DNA from: Lytechinus pictus
Taxonomy: Eukaryota
Assembly (NCBI RefSeq): GCF_037042905.1
Contig: NC_087252.1
Coordinates: 620,001-684,000 of the forward strand
DNA length: 64,000 bases
Direction: 5' to 3'
The notes beneath the pieces were generated by a model that was not told where the DNA came from, ran no database searches, and saw only the letters and a list, made by a program, of their open reading frames with translations. Every line of letters begins with the position of its first letter. Position 1 is the first letter of the stretch. The position numbers and the translations under genes were made by a program. This document shows positions 1 through 14,121 of this stretch, one piece after another.

Positions 1-1429
1 AATATATTTTTTGCATATTCAATGAGCAAGTTGACGGTGTGATATCCCCGCCTGTTCTTTTATATTTTATTACATAAGATAATGTGTATTTAATTGTATT
101 CCTCTAAGAATAAAAAACAGAATAGACAACTAATTTAATACATTAGTTATTTAGTGCTGCCACTTATATTTCATCATAAGGGAGACATATGACACACATA
201 TGTATGCAAATGATATCAAACGATTATGATTTTATGTAATACCATAAGAAAAAGGAAAATGGGACATAAAATTGCTAAACATTAAATTTCAATAATTTTG
301 TTTTTGGTATCAGAATTTAATGAAACTTTCACCATTTTGCTCAATTAATCTTACTGTATTTAGTACAGATATCTTTATTATTAGTCCCGAGCACCCATCT
401 GAGAATATAAATGAATTTTAATAATTCATAAGTATTTGTAAATTTAAAGTTCTTAAACAATATAAATAACTGAAGGATATTCTTTTAAATTTCATCAACT
501 ATGGGTAATAAATAACAATTCAATTCCAATTCAATTCTTTATTTCATTTCCATTCAAAGCTAGTTTACAGTAATATTCATAAATCAAGCAAGCATTGTAC
601 TATGAGATAAAATTCAGATGACGCGAAAGATTCCATATACATATATTCATTGTATTTCAGTTATTGACCGCGTGCCTCTAAACCCATCCCAATTGACCTG
701 TGATATTTTTCATCGTAGAAAAGTGTTCCCCCATTCGTCTTTTAAGATCACCGCACACCCTGGTCCAAGATCCGAGTTTGGAACATTTGGAACAAATCGC
801 ATTTTGTGCATTTTCTGAAAATGTGAATGAAAAGTACATTTTATTTAAGTTTAATTAGCTGTAATAACCCCAATATAACAATTTTGAAAGATTGAAAGCC
901 TTTACATTTAGAAAAGGCAAAATCGTTTCAAATTGTAGCCAATCGTACGATTGCTATGAGGTCATTACGCTTTTATTTCAACAAGGATTATATAATAGTT
1001 ACATAATATTTGAACATAAGTATTTGTATGATGACTTAGAACATTACACAGTAAAATATCCCATCTTTCAATATCAGTATCAATTTTTACTACGTTATAT
1101 TTTACATTCGTGTCGCAAACCAATCTTAAGGTGTCCCTTATTTCGTGATACAAGCCCATTAACGTGAGGATAATTACTTGTTATCTTGATTAATTAGTTA
1201 AACTACGTTTAACTAAGCCGAGTGACGTAATGAAATGCAATGTTTAAGTAACCAAAGTGATGAGCAAAGTCATGACATGAATGAGCTGTTCACATAGAAA
1301 TAATTACACGCCAACTAACTTCTTCTTCTTATTCTTCCTCCACTTTTTTCGGAGATCAGCACCAAGATGCAGTAAGGCGTAATCCATTCGTCCATCCAGT
1401 ACATTGCATTTGAAGGTTAATTTACATAA

Positions 1430-4400
1430 TCAATTCATTGAGGACAGGAAAGAGATACGTTTCATATGAATTTTATATAAAAATAGCAGAGTATCTGTTA
1501 CAAGCTGACAGCAAACTGAAGGAGGAAGATTAAGAGAGCTTGGTAAAAGTACCACTCTACTATAATGGTTGTTCTTGAAGGGGTCATATAGACATAATAT
1601 TTCATCTTGCATATGCCTTCTTTTTAGTTTTGCAAGAAAGTCTTCCCTGTGAGATAGTAAATAGTCACAGGATCCAACAAAATGATCTGCATCTTCATCT
1701 TCCTTGTTACAAAGCTGGCACGTGGCTGTATTAGACTTTTTAATAGTTAGAAGTCTTGCCTGCACAGGGTAAGTTTGGCACAGCAGTTGGGATCTGATCA
1801 TTACAGCTTGACGCAGGAAGTTGGAACTGCTATTGCGTGGATATAGATGATTTGGAGGGGGGATGCTGATGCTCCTCCAGAAAGAGAGTGTGGATTTTAA
1901 TTGAACTGCCTCTGATGTTTTGCAGACTACCATACTATTAACAGCAGACTTCACAAGCTTTTTCCATTGACTGTATGGTACAGGATGCAGGATGAGAGAG
2001 TGGAGGTCTGGAAGCTTGTATCTACTAAGAGTATCTTGCCAGGCTTTGATAGAGGAGGTTTGACTGGAGAGAGCATGCAGGAACGTCCGGTATTCAAATC
2101 GTTCATGGGGTAGATTAAGCAGCTGCCCTATTAGAAGGAGCTTCTCTTGATCCACTTGAGTGCTCAGTTGAATGAGGCCGGTCAGTAGATATACAGATTC
2201 ATCAGCAGCAGTTTTGGGGATGCCCAGGATTTGCTTGAATAACTGTTGCTGTGCTTGATCAAGCCTTCTCTTCATTCCTTTGGTGAGGGTCATGATCGCT
2301 GCTCCATACAGCATTCTTGGAATGCAGTAGACCTTCCAGAGAATGGCACTGTGGTTTGGAAGCAGACCCCCAGTATAAGCTCCAGATCCAGTTAGTGCAT
2401 AGAATGTCTTTAGCCCTTTTGCGATGATGTCTTCAGTTGGGTCTCGCCTGATGCTGGACTTTATGATACCGAGGTGAGGATGCAAAGAGGCTGTCTGCAC
2501 CACAATATCTCCGAGATGCCAGGCAGGATGCTGAGGAGCAGTTTTCCCTTCATTGAATATGACAATACAGCTCTTGGAAGGATTAATTCTATACCGCCAT
2601 TCCTCTGCATATTTACTAGTCTGATCTAGCATGCACTGGAGTTCACTCGGAGATGAGCTAAGAAGGGCCACATCATCTGCCAGAACAAGGAGTCCAGAGT
2701 ATCGCCCCAGAAGGCTACATCCAATGTTCTTGTCACGAAGAAGTTTGATGAGACCATCGATGAAAGTAATGTAAAGGAGAGGTGAAAGGACACCCCCTTG
2801 TCTAACTCCTTGAAGAATAGGAAAGGGCGCACTGACTTTACCATCCCATAGCACTTGACTGCGCAGGTCATTGTACAATGAGATAATCATGTTGCGATGG
2901 AGGGGATGGATGCTTGTGTCCTCTAACTTCTGGAAGAGTCCTTTATGCCACACCCTATCGAATGCCTTCTCTGCATCAAGGAGGGCAACTTAAGTAGGCT
3001 TCCTGCTAAGAGTGTTGAGTTCGAGGACCAGATCAAGGCAGCATGAGGTAAGGAGACAGGAATGTCCTTTCTGAAACCCAAACTGGAGCTCATCAGGAAT
3101 ATCGCATTGTAACAGAGAACTCTCAATACGAGGTTTAAGGACAAGTTCTAGAAGTTTACAGAGTGTTGAAGTGAGGGTGATACCCCTATAGTTCTTTGGA
3201 TCACGGGGATTCTTCCCTTTTCCCTTGTGAAGGGGCAGAACAAGGCCATCCTTTAGACTCTGCGGGGTGTATGAAGCAGCCAGGAATGAGTTGTATATCA
3301 AGACAATCAGCCGCCTGGCTGTTTCTCCGAGGTAGAGAAGGTGTTCAGGGCTGATATCATCTGGGCCACTTGCTTTTCCCCTCTTAAGGCTAAAGATGGC
3401 ATTGTCAAGTTCCTTAGAAGTGATCAGTGCTGTTTCCAGAATAGAGCTGGTGTTGGTCTTGAGTTCAGCAGATGGCTTTGATGGTTCTTCACAGTCATAA
3501 CTGGGCGCCAGTGGTATTGCCAGGTCTGTGAAGTATTGCTTCCATCCATCTGATATGAGAGATCCCTGATATGTTCTATCTTTGTATTCCAGAGTGTCCG
3601 TTTGGGGTTTAGAGCCATTCCCAGATCTCTGTTTCTTTATCAGATAATGAAACAGTTTGGAGTTTGACAGAGAAGCATCTTCTATATTTGTCAAGTGCTT
3701 CCTGTGTTCTTGTGCCCTTGACTGTCGAAGATTCCTCCTGAACTCTTTCTTATGATGAAGATACCCATTGTGCAGGCGTACTCCCTTAGGTTTTCCAGCT
3801 TTTTTCCATGACATCCAGACATGCTTTGCTTCTTGGTAGGAGCTAGAAACATTTGCGTTCCATTCCGGTTTCCCACGACTCTTGCGATTCGGTTTACTGT
3901 ATGGAAATTCTTTTGATTGAGCAAGCATTTTCTGTGAGAGAAGTAGGAGAGCCCACTCTGCCTCTGAAGGAGGGAGTTCACTCACATTTATTTTTGTGAA
4001 TATATCCACCGCTACAAGTTCAATGGGCACTGTGTAACACTCACGAATAGTACTTCTGGAAACCTCATCCCATTTGATTTTTATCCTTGCTGTTGGTTTT
4101 GCTTTATTGGCTGTATGAAGTGAGGATCTTACCTGAACCTGGTGTGCTAAGGGCATCACTGGACTCCAAATCATTGTGACCAGGTAATGATCAGATGTAT
4201 TCAAAGGTATGTCCTCACTTATGGACAAGTCACTATACTGTGATAGATCAACTGATTGTACCAGAAAACCATCAATACTTGACCTTTTCTTTCCATCATC
4301 AGTCTGGAAGGTGAACTGACCTGGAGTACAATGTTGCTCTGTCATGCTTGACAGGTGAGAAGATAACATGAAGCTCCTCATGTATTCAAGTGTTTTCTTG

Positions 4401-4894
4401 GAGTTCTTATGCACTAGGTCCACATTAAAGTCTCCTGCGATAACTATTGGAAGTCCATTTTCCTGGTGGTTATCCATTAGGTGTGTTATCTCTGCAAGGC
4501 AGGTTTGATACTCTTCTTGGTCAGAAGAGGCAGTGCCACAAGGGAGGTAACAATTTATAAGCAGCAGTCTTGCTCTGGGGTTATCACTTAATATGATCTT
4601 GGTAGCCAATATCCGTGATGACTGACATGGCACTTCAGTGTACTCCTTAATGTTCTTTTTACGAAGGTAAGTTGCTACACCTCCTTTTCCTCTGCCGCCA
4701 CTGATGATATTCAAGTTTGTCAAACTTTCTGAAGACTTACTGACAGTATGATGTTCAGAGCTTGCCTTCTGAAGGATGTCAAGGTTGTGGTCCTGGAGCC
4801 AGTGCTCCTGTATGCATAATAAGTCAATTTTTGGTAAGATGTAAGATAGTATGTCCTCAGAGCTTTTGAAACCTCTAACATTGAAGGTTCCCAT
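1430..4894 (-). pseudogene. LINE ORF2 (AP endonuclease + reverse transcriptase + C-terminal CCHC), one premature stop
   Basis: APE motifs (GTFNVRG, LCIQEHW, AGDFN, SDHY) and RT motifs (LDAEKAFDRV, QGVRQGGVLSP, LADD), with CQLC..H..C at the C-terminus. Two track ORFs are in one frame, separated by TAA at 2990-2992 (KPT*VALLDA). Confidence 0.92.
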
Positions 4895-4896
4895 TA

Positions 4897-7235
4897 CTAT
4901 TGAGGGTGTGACTGTAGAGGTAGTAGTAGATTGAGACTTGACTGAGTAAGATTCATGACTTGTTGGTGTTGACTGATTAGTATTTGCAGAGATGGAGGAT
5001 GGCTTGTCACATTTGGAAGGGACAGGAGTTGTGCTGTACTCAAAAGAAAGTGATGAGCTGCTTCCAGCAGTGCTAAGTGAGTGCCTGTCGAGGCCCGACC
5101 CGCATGGAAAACCTGCTTGGAAGTAGGAGTAATTCTTGGAGCAGCTGAAGAAGAGGCATTCGTTATTGGATCCCTTGGCTGCACTGGCTTTGATGGGTAT
5201 TGGGACGTTTGGAACTGGTGTTGCACTGCAGCAGGATGCTCAATGCGCACTGTTTGCTGAGGTTGGTTGCTAAGTATTTTCTCAGGCCCAACTTGGGTGT
5301 TTGCTGACGAGGGTACTGGTCTCGGGGGGTACCCATACGTGCAGGTACCTCTGACAGACTTATCTTCCACCAGCTGGATGGTTGGAGCATTCTTGGCAGT
5401 TCCAAGGGAGGGGAACTCTTTCAGTGATTGCAAGTTAATCTCGGGATCCATTTGTCTATTTCTTGTTTTGTGGTTTACATGGGGTGCGCCTTGGAATTGA
5501 GGAACACTGCGGGCAAACTCGGGACTACTGCTATGTCTACTTGAGGACTGATTTCCATGACTTGGGACGAAGGTTCGGCTCAGGACAAACAGAGGGTCAT
5601 GCGCTCTCAGTATACGTGAAGGTTGTGGCACCTGAGGAGAAGCAAGTCTGGGGGAGCCTCTATGAAATCTTCTCTTAGGTGTAGCATATCCTTTATCTAC
5701 TTGTTGCTTAGGGGGATTGCCGACGCTGCTTCTTGACAGGTTGGCGGTATCTGGACCATTCTTCCTGGCATTTTGCTGTGAAGAGTACTGTGGAGGCTTG
5801 ATATTGGTAGCTTCCCAGTCACGGGCTATTCTGTGTTGCGATTCAGATTTGTATTCCTCTACAGTTGGGCAATTACTTTGCATTCTATTACTGTCAAGTG
5901 GAGCAAATCTGTTGCTTGTTGGCAGTGAATAGGAAGATGGTGAGCACGCATCCGGTTTTGGGTCCTCATTGACTCTCTTGTGTTCCATATTCTGCATGTG
6001 TCTCTTATCGGATACACTTGTATAAGACGTTGGCATGCAGATATTGAACCCATTTTCCAAACAGAGGGCATGAAGGTAATCACAATCAAGAGTGCGATTC
6101 CTGATTTCACCTTCTAATTTCAAATTGACAGATTGTGAATGGCGAAGTTCTACTTCTTTGCTTTCTAGTATTCTGAGCTGATTGTTATGAAGTTCCTGAG
6201 TGGTTTTGGTTGTCATTTGAGAACTACTCAACTCTCTGCAAAGCTTTTCATTTTCTGCTAGCAAGACTACATTGGAGCTTGATAGAGTTTTGAGATCAGC
6301 CTTCAGCTTGTTTATTTCAGATGTCTTCTTTTTGCAAGAAACACACTCCTCACTTTTTGCATGAAATTCAGTCTGTGTCAGAGGAAGGGTGAGTCATCTT
6401 CTACATCTTTGTCTGTGTTATCCAGATTCTTCACATAACACTTTTTGTGATACCAACATTCGCATAGATGGCATTGTATAGAACTTTGTGATGCATTTTC
6501 ATGGCATAGAGGACAGGCCATAGATATCTCTGAGCCAGAGTCTGAAACACTTGTATCTAAAACAAGATGACTTTGTTCTTGGTTGAGTTGACATGACGAA
6601 CAGCAGTAAGGTTGTTGATCATCGGCAATCATGTCTTCGAGTTCTTTGCCTTTGAGGTGGGTACATGAGAAGTGATACCACTTCATACATACACAACATT
6701 CGATGGTGTCTTGGCATGCATGATCGAGACACGCAGGGCAGACAGATCCTTTGTCCAATGGTTTACAGAGACATTCGCCTACATACACTTGGGGCGGGCA
6801 GCGATCACTGATTTCAAAAGCTTCTGGAATTTCTCTTGAGAACAGTCTGTTTAGAGCATTGGCAAGGGGTCCATCAGGCATGTCATGTACTTTCATTAGC
6901 ATCTGTGGAAGCATGATTTCTTCAAACAGCCTGACCCGCAGTCCCACTATTAAGATTTGATTGGAACTTTCATCTAGCTCAATCGTGAATTCTTTCATCA
7001 TATTCCTCTTTTTACCCTTAGCTTTCTTTTGGGCACAAATCTTTTCCTTGTTCGAGCCTTTGTCTTTCTTTGGCTTTGAGAGAGTTATAAATGAAGAGCC
7101 TTTTACAAGAGGATCTTCAAGGCGTAATAGCAAAGCATCTCTGACAGAATGAAAAGCTTCATGATTGAGAGTAAGAGTAACCTCTTTCTCCCCATTACTG
7201 TGAGTTTGACCTGACTCAACTCTGCTGTAATCCAT
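4897..7235 (-). pseudogene. LINE ORF1 with tandem PHD fingers, coiled coil and long low-complexity tail; frameshifted
   Basis: PHD1 is CPAC..CCVC..WYHFSC..CSSC. PHD2 is CPLC..CHLC..WYHKKC but lacks its last CxxC at about 6378, where the frame shifts into TEFHAKSEECVSCKKKTSEINKLK and joins ORF 4897-6264. Confidence 0.8.
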
Positions 7236-9323
7236 TTTTTTTTTCTTTTTTTTTAGGTTCAAGGACACAGGTTGAGATGAGACTCAAGTACCGGTATGTC
7301 TAACTTTAGATGATCATCAATATTTGAATATGGATAAGTGAGGCAGGTAGATGATTATAGCCTGTAGGAAGCCAACAGATGCATGTACATGTATGAAAAA
7401 TGACCACATGTGTGAAGCAGAAGTGTGTTATAAGATGATGTAGCACTTTTCGATGAAAGGGAGACACATAACATACCATAAGCAGGCAGAAATATTGACT
7501 GATTCATGCAGTAGATGTGAAAAAAAGTTTGTAGAGAGTTGAATGGTGCACAAACACAGGCAGAATAGATGCATGCAGGGCAGTAAACAGGACAGCAACA
7601 GGACAGTACATGCGCTAAACTACACAGACACAGTACAACTACAGTACCAGTTGAGACAGCAACAAATAAGTACCGACAGGTTTTACCTTGGCTTAGACTT
7701 AGTTAGTTCATCATTAAACTTGCAGAATGTAGACTTGACACTTTGTTGTAGTCTCGATTGTAAGAATGCAAGTAGATCAATGTGCAGGTAAGACCCTATA
7801 ACTATGTAGACAGAGGAGTGTTGTTATCCAAGCAGGGCCTGGGGATGGGCTTTCCCGCTAAAACTAGTAGTAGTAGTTGACTTGCATGTTACTGCGGCAG
7901 CCCGAACACGTACTGTGTCGAGGTCCCCGGGGCAAACTTGCATGCAGAAGCAGGGTCAGTAGAACCATACACCAAAATCAGTGTGCGGGACTAGTGTATC
8001 TGCAGGGCTGAATCAAGCCTTTCTGTTGAGCTCCAGTTCACAATATTCACCTAAAATCTACTCTGACCCTCTGTAAAATGCATCAAAATCAGTTCCACAA
8101 ATTCCCAATAAATCAAAGTGGTAAAAATTCAGGCTGGAATAATTCCAGCTAGCTACAAAAAGAGACCTAAAAGGTCAGAAAGAGAGCTACAGGAAAGTAC
8201 GTCCTAACCGCGCCAGACTGATCACTCAGTAAGCCTCAGTAAGAGCAATGTTTTATACATAGCAATGTTTTCCCGGCTTACAGCCAGGACGTAACGAACG
8301 TAGAGGGCAGCCACACACGGCAGTGTTGCTGCCCTTTACGTTCGTTGACGCCAACGTTACGCAATGAAAGTGCACAGCGCTGATCTAAGTAGTCGTACGT
8401 CATGAATGTTAATTACATGAGATAAGAATAAACAAAATACCGTTGTTGTTGAAAACGCATGATTATCAGAAATATTTAGTTTATTTTGACAAGATGTTGC
8501 TCGATGGTTTGACAAAAATATTGATGTAATTATATGTAATGTAATATAATATAAAGTAAAGTAAAATCATCTAAATTAAATTGAAATCCATCATTGTCAT
8601 AATTTGTACTACAGGAATTTTTCACAATGTGCCTAGTAAACAAAAAGGGGCAGCACAATCATCTTCAAGACAACTAGAGTAAGAATAAATGAGAATGCTT
8701 TATATCTGTATAACATTTTGAACTCACATGCATTTTTACATGTTAACGTTGCAGCGAATTTTCATTCTTATGGTTGATCGGATCAATCGAAAATCTTTGC
8801 CAGAGGGGTGCGATATTTCCCCGTCAGTAATTAATGAGTACCCGACGCGAAGGAGCAGCGTACCATTGTCGTAACTTTATCATGAAAAAGTCTACGGAAA
8901 TGACGATTTAATAGGGTTTATTTAGTCAGATTACGTACGCCTCTTGAATATATTCATGGCGACACGAATAGTTATAATACAGTGACCTTTCCGAGCCATC
9001 GATCAGCTCGATGGATGTGGCTTAATCAGTAAGCCACACCCATCGATCAGCTCGATGTGTGTGGCTTAATCAATAAGCCAATCCTGCAGTCGAGTTAATG
9101 GACGAAGGATCAAGTCTCGCCTTTTCAAGGAATTTTCTTTAAATAAAAAATTGAGGCAAGACTCAAGTTCATTATCTATAGTCTGATTCAGAGCTTCCAA
9201 AACATCCCCCTCTCGTGTCGGTTGCACAACTACTGACAGGAGAATATAGCAGATTGGACCCAGGATTAGCATGACTGGTCTTCCATATATATATGAATGA
9301 AATCACTTTGTCATGTACTTCTA

Positions 9324-12300
9324 CTATGTCTCCTTTATGATGACTTGGCATACCAAGGTATATGTACTACGGCATGGAACATCATGCATATTACCCTCTA
9401 TCATTTCCAAAGCCACGCAATCTCTGGTATTATCAGGTTGGCCAAAGCCCCAGTCTATAAAGGTATAAGAAAGGACAAAGATATAAGGAAATTCGCAGTT
9501 AGCTCATGCCCATGATCAACTTCGCTCGAATCGCTTTCACATTTTTCATTAGGATGAGCACATAGTTAACACTTTCAAATAAAGATGTTTTCCGGATATA
9601 GCACGTTGTAAATTTGTTATAGATTTGGTTCACCATACGTTTGTGGAGAAGCTGCTCACATATGACATCACAAATCAAACATATGACAATTAATCGCTAG
9701 AGGGTATTCATTTGCCTTGCAATCTACTATGGTCAACAAGGAAATTCGTGATCACTCTCGCAAAAAGTGTTCACTAGCTTACAAGTTCGCGAGCTTTCGA
9801 GTGCCGCTGCAACTCTTTATCAAGTGACGAAAATTATATACGCACGAACGCGGGAACAATAGGTGGGCACTGATCCGTTGTGTGATTGGTCGGGCGTTTC
9901 ACCAATCAGTGCGTCGATGTACGGTGCGGCCGGTGATCCGTATATGCAAATAAGCCTGAGGTATATACAAATACGCCGCGAGTCGGCAATATACACTTTT
10001 TGCGAGAGTGATCACGAATTTCCTTGTTGACCATAGTAGATTGCGAGACAAATGAATACCCTCTAGCGATTATTTCAGTCCGCAATAATGAACCTATTTA
10101 GCATATGTACATTCTTATAACTTTTTAAAACTGTAATTGACTTTCCTCAAACCTTCACCAATATTTTGGATTATTTATTTATTTTATTACAATAATTCTT
10201 TTTTGTCAGGGCGAACTTTCCTATTTTAAGCTTAGTTTATTTTAACATATCAATATCATTTATTTAGCTACAAAATTCACTTTTCGGAAAACGACAAAGG
10301 GAATGTTTTCATGGAGCCAGAAAACAATTTGCATGTATATTGGCATGGTCAATCAATGCGTATGAAGCCTGAAGTTGGATTTAGGGTTTAGCCTTAAAAC
10401 AGCCAAGAGGGGTTGAATCCTCATTATTATCACCTTCATCATTAAAAATATGTACAAATATTTCCATTCTGCTTTATAAATGAATTGATTAATTTAATGA
10501 ATTTTATTTTTGGGTTGTCATTTCTTTTAAGCGATCTGCTTTTAATGACATTACTTCTCCTGCAAACTGTAAATGTTAAAATCATTTGGTTGTAGATCAT
10601 ATTTGTTTAGAATAACTTGTTATTTAGTCCATTTTTTCTTTTATGATTCATGCCAAAAACAATAATCAATAAATCATGTTATGTAATGAAAAAATATATC
10701 ATATACGAATGTTATAAATGCAGAAAAAAACGATAAACCAATCAAATCCACAAGTCGAAATTCATTGGACGCACCAATCAATCTGACCTTTTACTTTGAA
10801 ATCTTTTGATACCAAAATGCGACTCCTGGGTACGCGATTGCAAAATTACGCAACATTGTGTAAGTGAATTTCAGACCCAAAATTGCCCCAAAACATGTTT
10901 TGAGTACAAAGTCAATCCAAAGTGAGTTTTCTAATCTTATTCATGAAGATGTAAATATTTTCAATTTCACCAGCTGAAATAAATTGGTTCAAGATTAATC
11001 ATGCTTCAAACAGGTTATGCAATAAATTTGTCGCAAAAAAAAAAAAAAAAAAAAAAGATCGACAAACAATTGTAATTTCGTTCGTAATATTCCTTATTAG
11101 GTGTATTTTACTTTGTCTTGCGAAAAATTTGTCGATTCATTCGTCAAGCTGGGATTAGGTCTTGAATAAATCTTCAAATAAAAGAATTAATTGCTGTAAT
11201 TGCTTGCCTCAATGCTTTAGGGCAAGAGGGAGCGGAGTCTTTTTTTCGAAACACAAGGAACATCATGAATTGACACATAGATTAAAGTCATCCTAATGGC
11301 CCTGGGAAGCAGAGGTGCTGGGGTGAGTCTTCCACATTTTCTTTTCCGCGGGGGTTGCTTGTATGGTACTACACCAACGCAGCACTTCCTGGAAATAAGG
11401 CCGACATTCTTAATTGTAAAGACTTGACCCAAATTTTCCTTATTTGTGCATTTGAGAACATCCCCCCTTTCGGCTCAGTCAATTCCTCATTGTAAATGAA
11501 AATAATACCTTATACCATTTGACTAAGTTGTAGTTAATAACAATCAATTATGAGGGGGAAAATGAGAAAATTTGTCTTGTTGACCCCCAGCCTCGTGGAC
11601 CCTCTAGGTCTCGTGCACCCTGAGCCTCATGGGATAACCCCAGGGTTCTTAGAGGGCAGCATTCCCTCTACGCTCGTTGGATTTTTACTTACTTCGGTAG
11701 TAAGTTTGTGTGTCGTGTCTGTCAGTGTAGCAGAGGTATGAACCGCTTATTCTTTTACAGTTCAACCAGATCCATCCATCGGTAATGAGAGTCTTTAAAA
11801 TGACGTACTCTTCATCACTCTCTACGGAGACTAGGGTAGGGTCCTCCATGATCCCGTTACCCATGGCAACAGCATCCAAACTATTACAGTGGTCTTTAGC
11901 TGCTTGGTAAGACGCGGATGAGGATGTTACCAGGAAACATTTGGTGCCCGCATACTCCCAATCGGCTGGACACACTTGATGAAAGGATAAAACGTGGATC
12001 ACACGATTCATGTAACAGACTATAACAGACCGATTCAGTTTGTTTGCTGTTTTATCAAACAAATTCTATATGAAGGTTCAAGTTCAAATGCAGTATGTAT
12101 AATGACAGTTAACTTATGCACTGGTATAGCAAATTATATGGCTTATCATAACATACTGAAAGTGCTCTTGTTCTACTTTGGGAGCCTCCACCCCACCCCC
12201 ATTGCCATTAGCATATTAAGGAACCAGGCAAATAATACATTGAATCTAATGAGGCTAATCAAAATATGTATTCATGAGGTCATATCTGAGGCCCGATTCC

Positions 12301-13993
12301 CACCAAAGTTGGGGAGTGGGGGTTTTTCATGAAGCTCTACCAAAATATGATATAAAAAACGCTGAAATGCGAAAAAAAGTTTTTTTTGTGACGTCATCAC
12401 TTCGGTACTCTATTACATGATATTCGTTCCATGAATATTCATGAGTCGTAGTCTGACTAAATAAACCCAATCGGGTCATGACCATGGGAAGCAAGGTGCA
12501 AAAGTGTAACTTTTGTAGTGAAATCCTTTATTGTTTGCTTTTCAGATTTCTCGATACCAATGTGACATCGACTTTGTAAAAAAACCTTTTTTTGCTTTTC
12601 AAATTTACATGTTTAACAATTGTAGTTCCACATTGTAGTTCTGAGAGAAATAAAACTTTGTTTCACAGGACAATGGGTAGCAAATTAGAATATATCTTAT
12701 TTCATATAATAAGATACAAAAGAAACAGTGAGTGATATCATCAGTCCCCTCATTTGCATATCGACCGGGATGTGCAAATTATTGTTTTGTGAAATTAAGC
12801 GAAACTTTAAAATATCATAACTTTTTTATTTTACATCCGATTTTGATAAAATTTTCAGTGTAAGGCTTGTTGCATTGTTTTCTTTTTATTCAAATCAACT
12901 TTTTGTTTGGGTGGACTTGTCTTTTAAGGAACAATAGATGAACAGTAGAAGAAGAACTGAAGAAGTAAAGATTGTGAAACTTAATAATCAATTGAAAGGC
13001 ATACGATTGCATGAACACTACACATACTGAAAATAATTATCAAACTGAATGACGGTAAAATGTAACTGAAAATAACAACATACCACTCCTTGATGTATTT
13101 CAAACATGATTAAACTCATGACCAGTAGTTAATTTTCTTAAAGTGGTAAATAACCCGGGTACTAGAGACGACAATATTTACTACTTTAAGAAGATCTCGA
13201 CGATACAGTTTTGAAGTTAATTCGATACAAGGCTTATATACGCTTACTTGGAATCTGACAATTCTTTCCAAGATACGCCTCAAGACAGGAGCAGCTATAG
13301 CCATCCAATTCTTCCATGCACGATCCACCATTCTGACACGGATTGGAGTAACATGCTGTAAAAGGGATATTCAAAAAATGGTGACTCCACTGTACAATTT
13401 AGCTGCCAGGTGGGCGTTTCATAAAGTTGTTTGTAAGTTAAGAGCGGCTTTACGAACGACTGGTGAAACTTTCTTACCCGCTATTAATAACTCCGAATTA
13501 ACATTTAATGTTGAATATCATTCACCACAAGGAATGATCACTAGTCGTTCTTAAACTCACTCTTAACTTACGGAGAGCTTCATAAAACGGCCCCAGATCT
13601 ATTTCAAATACATTCTAGGTTTATTTTGTCATCATAACTGCATACCAGTGGTAATTTTGAAATATTCTTTCTGAATCCATTTGGAAAAAAATAAAGATAT
13701 ACTACTACTACTACTACTACTACTACTGCTGCTGCTGCTACTACTACTGCTACTGCTACCATTGGCGGCGGAGCAGAGGATTATATTTTGGGTTTGGGGG
13801 GGACGCAACAATAGGCGTCCCCCCAAACACAAAAGATAATCCTCTGCTCCGCCGCCAATGACTGCTACTACTACTACTACTATATTATAATTATTATTGT
13901 TGTTATTAAAGGGTTAAAGTAAATAGCTTACTAATTCTAACACTAATACTTCTTCTACTCCTCCTCCTTCTACTATTACTTCTATTGCTTCTT

Positions 13994-14054
<61 letters not shown>

Positions 14055-14057
14055 CTG

Positions 14058-14121
<64 letters not shown>

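Larger units (their letters stand above)
1319..8240 (-). mobile_element. Near full-length non-LTR retrotransposon (probably RTEX-like) with PHD-finger ORF1 and APE-RT-CCHC ORF2
   Basis: Two long ORFs, about 1 kb of 5' UTR, and a 3' (AAG)n tail at about 1319-1340. Absent from units B and C. No clear TSD; the 5' end is approximate. Confidence 0.9.

Noticed and set aside
11685..12062. Single-exon lectin or EGF ORFs from the track (also 31527, 38277, 51328, 59598)
   Set aside because: They are internal exons with intronic read-through at both ends, merged into the spliced models above.
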